A stretch of DNA of 64,000 nucleotides from Octopus vulgaris (lineage: Eukaryota): assembly GCA_951406725.2 (NCBI GenBank), contig OX597827.1, forward strand, positions 50,220,001 to 50,284,000. Direction: 5' to 3'. This document shows, one piece after another, positions 54,454-64,000 of the stretch. The position numbers were made by a program, and so were the translations under genes. Every line of letters begins with the position of its first letter. Position 1 is the stretch's first letter. Under the pieces are notes generated by a model, which searched no databases, was not told where the DNA came from, and saw only the letters and a list, made by a program, of their open reading frames with translations.

Positions 54454-55004
54454 ACACACGCACACACATACATACATACATACATACATACATACATACA
54501 TACATGCATTGTATATTCCTAATAAAGATTAACCGAAGGGAACATACTGATGTTGCTTCAGTGATTTCACAATGCTTTCAACAATATCAATATTCTTACC
54601 ACTTACGATCACCAAAGAATTCCTACTGACACTAAACACATACCTACATGAATACATAACAGAGAAAAGGAAAAAAAGATAGACAGATGTGTTAACGGCA
54701 ATTTGCACGGTTTCGGAGAAAGAACGTCTGGGATGTAGAGGCGGGATAGAACAGCTGTTTTATCTTAGTTCACGTGCTATTGACAAAGAAGAACTCTGTA
54801 TGCTACACACAGTTTGGTTATATTCTCAGTTATTTCGTGTGTTTTTTTTGTTATCTTCTTTGAAGAGAAGCAGGGTAACAATTTATACATGATGTATAAT
54901 ATCCAATATGCTCGTATCATGATCACTATCTTAAACCCCAAACATCTATCTTCACTCTCATGTTAATCCCATAATTAGATGCACTGCAGTTTTTTTCCCC
55001 CTAT

Positions 55005-55388
<384 letters not shown>

Positions 55389-55599
55389 TTTTTGCTTCTT
55401 CTTCTCACCCTCTTTCTTCTTTTTTCCCCCCTTCTCCCTTAATTACTCACTATTTTAAATGATCGTTGTTTTTGCTTCCGTTTGTTAACGTTGGCTCTGT
55501 CGGTTCTTATCAACCACTGTATTAGCAATAACAATAGAATTAAGAACCAATATTACTTTGAAGAATTCTTGTAGCTTGTATTGATTTTAGAATGTCAAA

Positions 55600-57200
55600 G
55601 ACTGACTACACATTGCTAATACAGTTCAAGGAAGAAAAAAAATCTAGTAAACAGAAACATCGCGTAGAATTTGAACAAACTCATATAAACTTCCAAACAC
55701 TTAGGAAGTGGTAGCTGTTGTTTTGCAATGTGTTTACCTTTATGTAGTACCAGACGGAAGAACTAAACTCCTGTGGAACGAAGAAATAAAGCAGCTAACA
55801 GAAGACTTAGATACTCAATTTCGTTGCATCTTGATTGTACAAATTAACCTCTAATTTATGTTGAAACATAATAGAATTAATGTAAACACTACATCAAAAC
55901 ACTTTAATACTATTCTAAATGAAAGTATATGTTATATAATCCTTAAGTGTTGACGGGTCAGCGTCAAACGCTTCCTACACTTGTGATCTGTTAAAATCAA
56001 GGCAGTCAGTTAGAAAGTAGCGCCTATTGACAACAACCGGTAATTATACCTCAAGAATTTATACCTGAAGGAACCTATATTTCAATCAATATTCACTGAG
56101 AGATTATCATTATTCTCAAACTACGAATATTACGGTATAACACAAAAAGCATTTCAGTATCTAAACGTCACAATATTTTCTATATCACCATTTTAAAACT
56201 TTTTTTAACAAGAGGTGAAACGAGAATAATAATTAATATATTATGAAAGAGATAGCTATTAAATATTTGATGAATACGAATGATAAAGAAGCCTCTAACC
56301 TTCAGGTTGTGCCTGTGAGGTAGGTATCAATCACATTATCGTCAACTGTCCAAAAATGTCCTCAAGATTTTTACATCAATATGAAATATAACATAGTTGC
56401 TAAAACCATTTACAACGCTATTTACAAAACAGAATGTCCCGATAGCCATAACAAAGGCACACCAAAGCTAAAATGTATGCATCCCTTTAAAAATAAGGAA
56501 TATTGTTGAAATGTTACAAGGAAAAGATCAGCCTGGTGCAAATGCAATAGACCTGATGTTGTTCTAAAGGACAGTATATGAAAATCATGCACTGTGGTAG
56601 AGGACAGCTGTCCAGTGAATGTGAGGGTTTCGACTGAAATTGGAGAAAAGGGAATTGACAAAATTATAGTCCAGAAACGAAGTAAACTGTTTAATATTCT
56701 ACAAATACAACCGATTAGAGATACGTCCCCAAAGTCCATCACCTCCTCACCGTGGTGGGGACGCTGGCAACGGGTAGTGTCAGAGCTATGCCGTCGGGAA
56801 CTTCAGTTCCTGGTAGGGCCACCCAAAGCGGATTGGTCTGACACCGAGTGGTATTAGGGCCACAACCCGGCAGACGGGGCTCTGGTGAAAATCCTCGGAG
56901 TGTCTGCTTTCGGCAACCGGCGGCTCCTCGGTCGTTCTGCCCCTGCGTCTGCGGACAATCTGCGGCAAACAGGATGTCTCTACATGCGGGATTGTTGGGG
57001 ACCGCTTGTCAAATCCACATATTCCCACGAAACTTCTTCCATGAATTCTCAATGGCGAATACAATGCCTCGAGGGTGGTAGAAGAAGCCGACTCAACCCA
57101 CCCAGGGTGAATGTCACCACAAGTACAAGTAAGTAAGATTAGAGATACAGTGAAAATTTATAAAACATTCCAGGGGTTCTCTATTTAACTCATCTAGAAT
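55600..57200 (+). mobile_element. Heavily decayed R4/Dong-type LINE remnant
   Basis: INHIIVNCPKMSSRF and CNRPDVVLKD..CTVVEDSCPVNV (56325-56640). Outer boundaries uncertain. Confidence 0.6.
56725..57136 (+). mobile_element. 412-bp non-autonomous RTE/BovB-type retroposon with 12-bp TSD
   Basis: TSD GATTAGAGATAC at 56713-56724 and 57137-57148. BovB-like 5' UTR motif GAGCTATGCCG...TAGGGCCACCCAA..CGGA..GGTC. Tail CAAGTACAAGTAAGTAA. Confidence 0.88.
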
Positions 57201-58153
57201 TATCCCACCATCAGTTGTGCATATAACATACAAACACATACATAAACAGTACTGATATGTACACACGATACATGAGTGCATGTTCGTCTACAAATGCTCA
57301 TACGTAAAAACATAACGTTACTCGTTACCCTGAACCGTCACGACTCAAAGAAAAGTTTTGAATTTTGCAAACAATCCCAAGGAAAAAAAATCACTCGTCC
57401 GTCCGTCCATCCATCCATCCATCCATTCATCCATCCATCCATATATACATGGCATGCATGCAGTTGCACGTTTACACGTAATATACGCATAGATATGTAC
57501 ATACACAGATACATAAACTAAAGCTATGCCTGGGCACCAGTTTCAGGGGCATTTTGTTGGTCATAGCAACTCTTCTACTTATTTCAGTTTCCTAATTATT
57601 TCATCCCTTCATATTTTACTAACTTATGATTTTGTAATGCTGTTACTGGTTTTTGTTGTCCAAATACATGCTACTGGTAGCTCAGAGTTGTTTTCGCTCA
57701 TTTTAATTTTATTTATACTAATTATCAGAACCATTAAGATGGTATTTTCGTATGAGTCTACTAAACATCTTGTTCTGCAAGAGACAAAGGAGGGTAACTA
57801 TTGTTATGATGGCGGAAAATGCGTTAAGAAGCACATGGTCACAACTGTTATGGAAAAACATATGGTCACAGATGTCTTATAGTTTCCAGACGACCAAACT
57901 GTTTTTGCCTAATGGCAGCTAATTTTGGAGAGTAATGATTCTTGACATTATCTTTTCTTTCCCATTTGATGTCGTTCCCACTTGTCACTAAGCGATTGTT
58001 CTACCTTCTATGGAAGCAAAGATGATTTCAATAAATCAAGTATTTAACTTGTATGTTGTTTCATTTATCCACAATTGTCTTTGTTCTTCAAATACATGCC
58101 ACAAACACTGAGTTAATTCTCTTAGCTTATTTGCGTTAGGCATCCGCCCACAC

Positions 58154-58200
<47 letters not shown>

Positions 58201-58684
58201 GGTTTGGAGATGATGTACAGGTATTTTATATTAGAAGAAATGAGCTACTCAGAAATTCGGATGGTTTTATATTTACAGATATTTATTTGTATATTACATG
58301 TTTTTATACATCATATATCATAGGTCATATATTAGCGCTTTCGTCCATTCTAGTGGAGTTTTCAAATTGAACTAAGTTCTTGTGGAAAAATTTGACCATT
58401 TTTATAGTGTTATTGAGTGTGTACGGGTGGGGAAGGATATGAGATAGTACAAGAGGGTGATGAATGGGGAGAAAGTGAGAGAGAGCATGTGTGTGTGTGT
58501 GTGTTTCTGTATCTGATAGGAGTGTTACATACATACACACATACATATACAATGTATATATATATATATAATTATATACACACACACACACACACGCATA
58601 CTATACTAATGCAATGTACATACTCACTATTGCATAAGAGAATTTATTTGTAATATTTGTGTATATATGCGTGCATGTGTGTAT

Positions 58685-59012
58685 GGGTACATTTTGGTAA
58701 TCACGTCCCCATTAAGACATTGCCATTAAAAAATTGGGTTATTTTCCCACTAAAAAGCTGAGATATTGGATTAAACGGGTTACATCCTTTTGACTCATTA
58801 CTTCAATACATGGCTGACTTTTGGCCTCCTCAATAGTAATGGTATGATTTGTTATAAAAATATTATCAGATTCGATAAGACGTCTAATCTTTTCACTTTT
58901 CATGTTTATTAAATTTTCATTGTTTTTGTCTTAGTGAGGGTTAAACAATTTTTTTTTACTTGAGGAAGATAACCCAAATTTTTAATGGGGGTGAGATTGC
59001 CAAAAAGTACCT
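58685..59012. mobile_element. MITE with ~50-bp imperfect terminal inverted repeats
   Basis: GGGTACATTTTGGTAATCACGTCCCCATTAA versus TTAATGGGGGTGAGATTGCCAAAAAGTACCT. GTAT on both flanks. Confidence 0.7.
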
Positions 59013-59599
59013 GTATGTGTACGGTGGAAATCAACCCGTAACCGATTAAGACCACTTTCTAAACTCAGTAAGGCCGTACAAATCAATAAACATAGAAGCG
59101 AATGTTTCACATTTTATAATTGTGACAATACTTACTTAAGAATCACTATTTGTTTGATGCCATCTTGATGACATAAAAAAATATGTATACACACATACAG
59201 CTGTGTGCCCGTGCGACAGTGTATGTATGTGTGAGTGTGTATGTGTGTACATATGTGTATATGTATGTGTGCATATACGTATATATGCATGCACCTGTGT
59301 ATATGTGTGTATATGAATGTATATGTGTATGCCTGTATGTGTGTGTATGATCATATGTATGAATATATGTATATGTGTGTGTGTATATATACAAATATAT
59401 ATGGATATATAAGCATATTAATTTACATGTAGGTGTGTATGCATGTGTGTAACGTGTGAATGTATGTATGTATATATTTACAAACATTAAAATGTAAGAG
59501 GAGAAAGAGAAGAAACGAAGAAAAATAGAGAAGTACTTGGGGTGTATTGTGGGTATTATGTGTAAAGTGTATGTAAATACATATATAACTGTTTCTTTA

Positions 59600-59823
59600 C
59601 TACCCACAATGGTACAAAACACAAAGAGGACTGACAAGGACAGACAAACGGATTAAGTCGATTATATCGACCCCTGTGCGTAACTGGTACTTATTTAGTC
59701 GACTCCGAAAGGATGAAAGGCAAAGTCGACCTCGGCGGAATTTGAACTCCGAACGGAGCGGCAGAACGAAATACAGCTAGGCATTTCACCCGGCGTGCCA
59801 ACGATTCTGCCAGCTCGCCGCCT
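59600..59823 (-). mobile_element. SINE family C (Meta-domain-like), near full length
   Basis: GGCGGCGAGCTGGCAGAATCGTT head, GTTCAAATTCC B box, and GTCGACTTTGCCTTTCATCCTTTCGG. Confidence 0.85.
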
Positions 59824-60012
59824 ACATATATAAATGTACGTAAATACATATAAAACGGCGGTGCATACGCATGGCCGCAGCTCTGAGCTGAAACTAAAAT
59901 GAAAATGTTTGCAAGCATGTAAATATGTATACAATAAGAGAGGAAAGGTAAGAGAGAGAGAGAAACAGAGAGAGAGTGAGAGAGAGAGATAGAGAGACAG
60001 AGAGAGAGAGAA

Positions 60013-60049
<37 letters not shown>

Positions 60050-60494
60050 TTTGCTTTCAAAACCAATAACTAAATACAAATTAACGTTTTGAATTGTATT
60101 CTAACTTCAACAGTCTGACCACTGAAAAGAAGCCCTTTTCTCTGTCTTTCTCTTTCATCACTCATTTTTCTTCTCCTTTTTCTTTCTCTTTCTCTCTTCA
60201 TGTCTTTTTTTCCCTGCCTTTCTTTAAAAAGCAAAACTGACATCCTGAAATGTCATTAGTTACCTGAACACCGACCATCCCACAAAATATATATTCTCCC
60301 TCTTTGCTTTTTTTTTCTGTCATTGCTCTCTCTCCTCCTCTCCTTTTCTTTCTCTTTCCTCTTTCACATCCCCGCCTCTCCATTTGTATAAAATCCAAGA
60401 AACTTTCTATAAAATTTATTCTGAAAAATCTTCATGAATGGATGAAAGCGCTAATAAAGATTTATCCAAAATTTTGACTGCCTCTTTTTTCTTA

Positions 60495-60667
60495 ATGATG
60501 GTTGTCCCCTCGTTATCGAATACGGCCATTGCACGAAGCTTAACTGTTACTGGTGCTGTGATCGAATGTGAATTTTTAGCCCAGCTAAAGATCTACAATG
60601 TCCTGTACAGAATTGGCAACTAATACCTTTACCGGTAATAGCCGGCTGTAGTTGTAACTGGGCTTCA
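60495..60667 (-). mobile_element. 3' end of an autonomous RTE LINE
   Basis: KGISCQFCTGHCRSLAGLKIHIRSQHQ* (RTE-type C-terminal zinc finger), followed by the tail shared with the 2581 and 45994 copies. Confidence 0.8.
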
Positions 60668-60723
60668 TGTATACATACATACATACATACATACATACAT
60701 ACATACATACATACATACATGTA

Positions 60724-61567
60724 TCTATATATAAAATTGTGAATGCGTGGCTGTGTGTATATCTGTCTGTCTGTATGTGTGGATCACTAAAACTCGAGAA
60801 CTACCCAACCGATTTCATTCAAATTTTACACACGCATGGACCAAAACTTCTCAAATTCTTGCCTAATGTGGGCCCGGAACAATCTCTTAGACTGGTTCGA
60901 TCTTACGTTCTATATTATTGCTTCACTTTTATTCTTTCACTTCTAATATTGTTACACTTTTAATTTTAATGTGATAATACTAAGATCATCTTATTTTACA
61001 CATTTACCGTTCATTTACCAGTTAATAATTATCATAGTAGTTGCAACGTTGCAAGGTATTTACAGTTACATATTGACCCTTAAATTAGCGTTTAATACAT
61101 GTGCTTAATCTATATATATAAAACTTTTTGTCTATCTGTCTGTCCGTCTGTCTGTAATCACAATAGCGACAAGATAGGTACATGATCACCTTTTCTTTAC
61201 CAAACCTGATGTAGATTTATGTTGGTATATATATACCATAGCCTCGAGCCGACCAAAGCCTTGTGAGTGGGTTTCATACACGGAAACTGAAAGAAGACTG
61301 TCGTATATATGTGTATATTTGTGTGTGTGTGTTGTACCCACACCATCGCTTCACAACCGGTGTTGGTGTGTTAACGTCTCCGAAACTAGCAGTTAGGCAA
61401 AACGCTCCTACTGAATATGCATTAGGTTTACAAAGAATAAACTCTGGGGTCACATTGTTCGACTAAAGGCGGTGCTCCAGCATAGCCGCACTCACATAAC
61501 TGAAAGAAGTAAAAGAATAGAAAAGTATGCCATTTTAATTCCGAGCAACGCCGAGTATCTCTGCTAT
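60724..61567 (+). mobile_element. Non-autonomous Helitron-like element(s) with an embedded SINE A (61237-61520)
   Basis: A|TCTATATATAAAA starts at 60724 and 61109. The 3' end CCGAGCAACGCCGAGTATCTCTGCTA matches the Helitron end at 29718-29745. Confidence 0.6.
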
Positions 61568-61690
61568 ATATGTGTGTGTGTGTGCATAGTTATGGAATAT
61601 TCTGTTACGAATGTAGTCAAGTATAAAGCCTGTCCACCTTCAGGTTTACCCTATGCTATCCAGTATCTGTGTGTGAATAGACAATTGAAA

Positions 61691-62172
61691 AAATTGGAGT
61701 CAACAAGGAGTACTGTTGGAGATTTATTTTTGAATTACTACAATTGTTTCCATACAACGTAGTTCTCCAGGCTTGCAGTTATTTGATTATGCAGCTGTTT
61801 CTCTGCATTATGAGATCTTGTTGTGTTTCCTCAGGCAATATATAAATATTGCCTGCGTAAGTTCAAAATTCTCGATTTGAAGTACACCTTCTCTGTCTGT
61901 TGTAACCTGAATTTAGTACTAGTCACTGAGCTTATCAAGGTGAGTTGTTGCTGAAGAGCCGTTGGGAAACTGCTTTAAAGGTGTATATGTAGTGGGGATT
62001 TGAACTTACATAGACAATATTTACATATCGCCTGAGGAAACACAATTAGATCTCATAATGCAGGGAAACCGTTGCATAATCAAATACCTGCTCGCCTGGA
62101 GAAGTATGTTGCGTGGAAACGATTGTAGGGATTAAAAGATAAATGTCCATCCGTACTCCTCGACTCCAATAT
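61691..62172. repeat. Diverged ~175-bp inverted repeat ending at (TA)n
   Basis: 61691-61866 versus 61999-62172, for example TGCATTATGAGATCT versus AGATCTCATAATGCA and GTGTTTCCTCAGGC versus GCCTGAGGAAACAC. Confidence 0.85.
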
Positions 62173-62185
62173 TTACAATTATATA

Positions 62186-62224
<39 letters not shown>

Positions 62225-62227
<3 letters not shown>

Positions 62228-62376
62228 CGCAGGAGTGGGTATGTTGTAAGTAGCTTGTTTACCAGCCACAGGGTTCTGGGCAAGTGTCCTCTACTGTCTT
62301 CTACTATGGCTTCGGGCCCTGGACGACCAAAGCCTTGTGAGTGAATTTGGTAGTCAAAAACGGAAAGAAGCCTGTC

Positions 62377-62430
<54 letters not shown>

Positions 62431-62900
62431 GTTTATGTGCTTGTGTTTGCCCCCACCCATCATCGCTTGACAATCGATGGTGGCGTGTTTACGTTCTCCT
62501 AAATTAGCGGTTCGGCGAAAGTGACTGCTGGAATAAGTACTAGGCGCTTACAAAGAATAAGTCTCCGGATCGATTTGTTCGACTAAAGGCCGTGCTCAAG
62601 CATAGCCGCAGTGATATGACTGAAAGGAAAAAAAGTAAGAACATATATATAGGTATTCATTTCTGTTTATTCGTTACAGTCATTTGATTGCGGCCATACT
62701 TGAGCACCGCCTTTAGTCGAGCAAATCGACCCCAGGACTTACTCTTTGTAAGTCTAGTACTTATTCTATCGGACACGCTTGACGAACCGCTAAGTTACAG
62801 GGACGTAAACACACCAGCACTGGTTGTCAAGCGATGCTTTTTTGGGTGCGGGGGGGGGTCAAACACAGACACACAAACACACGCGGACATACATATATAT
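62225..62900. mobile_element. Tail-to-tail pair of SINE family A copies (62225-62640 +, 62665-62900 -)
   Basis: Homology to 1602-2005. Confidence 0.85.
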
Positions 62901-62947
62901 GCACCTCGAGATGCTTTTGATTCATATTTGAAGTTTGTTCGTGGCAT

Positions 62948-62980
<33 letters not shown>

Positions 62981-63209
62981 CATACATATACATATATGTG
63001 TGTGTAGATATATTGTATCGTATTGTATGTTGTCTGCTTTCTGTTCTCTATGCTAGCAGCCTACTGCTTGAACCTTACAGACTTCTTACATTGGGATTCT
63101 TGGATCGTATTTACATAGTAAAATTTTCTTCTGATACCTGCGGACACTAACGGTGTGGAAGCCCCCGGAATGGGAAAAATATAGTTGAAACTGTCAGAGG
63201 ATGTTCCCT

Positions 63210-63347
<138 letters not shown>

Positions 63348-63351
63348 TTAA

Positions 63352-63435
63352 TGGCTGATGAGTGCTCAGCATTTTAAAACTGTTGTAATACTTATAACAT
63401 TTAATAAAATGATGTAGCATGAAACGATCGTACCA
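63352..63435 (+). ncRNA. Type I hammerhead ribozyme motif with intact core and extended stem II
   Basis: TGG-CTGATGA-GTGCT...AGCAT-GAAA-CGATCG-T-A-CCA. Predicted cleavage after GUA at 63432. Confidence 0.75.
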
Positions 63436-63562
63436 AATTACCGAAGTTATTCTTGTTGCTCATTTTGATTATAACCACCCATGGATTTATATGGATAACA
63501 CCATACAAAATTCTGGTCCATCTAACTTAAGTACCATATTCATATGGATCTAAATTTTGCTG

Positions 63563-63655
<93 letters not shown>

Positions 63656-64000
63656 AATTGAAAGAATGAGATAAAAAAAAAACAAGGCAGTAAATAGATT
63701 TCATAACATTTATCAAGAAAGGTCTTACAGCTGTTTCCAGGATATTTTATATATCCCTTCATTAGAGACGGTGCGAGAAAATCTTTGAGTAGCAATTATT
63801 GTAGAGAAGATATGAAGTACAGACGGAAATAAGAGAATGAATATAGAAGTGAAATACATAAGGATATTATGTCTGTAGTTCCATTATTCAAGTAGAATGG
63901 TGTACATAAATGGGGACAAAATTTTTTGAAGAAATTTTCTTGTACGGTGTGTGGTTTCCAATGGTGGTTATATTTGGTCATTCCAAGCAGAGCCTTGTAA

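Noticed and set aside
56846-56910. Pistol-ribozyme-like P1 (GTGG-TATTAGGG-CCAC) with a wobble pseudoknot partner CTCTGG
   Set aside because: It lacks the conserved AAA linker and GCG, and the partner is better explained by the hairpin GGCAGAC..CTCTGG/TCGGAG..GTCTGCT.

Overview
AT-rich eukaryotic intergenic or intronic DNA saturated with microsatellites and transposons. The SINE families and repeat landscape look like an octopus (coleoid cephalopod) genome, which is my inference from recognised repeat families. No intact host protein-coding gene is visible, and nearly all listed ORFs are microsatellite or SINE artefacts. Recognisable content includes several decayed Penelope-like elements (PLE; RT and GIY-YIG endonuclease), R4/Dong-type and HERO-type RLE LINE remnants, an RTE LINE 3' end with its non-autonomous derivatives, Tc1 and mariner remnants, a decayed Helitron (PIF1 helicase), MITEs and four SINE families. 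The most interesting signal is non-coding. Several short fold-back insertions sit at (TA)n or (AAT)n tracts, and some carry minimal hammerhead-ribozyme motifs. These include one with an intact canonical core, a G3:C8 compensatory variant, a U4C variant and a tRNA-headed (Pol III) element carrying a hammerhead. There is also a highly structured 357-bp-period element bounded by direct repeats. All folds and alignments were read by eye and need computational and biochemical confirmation.
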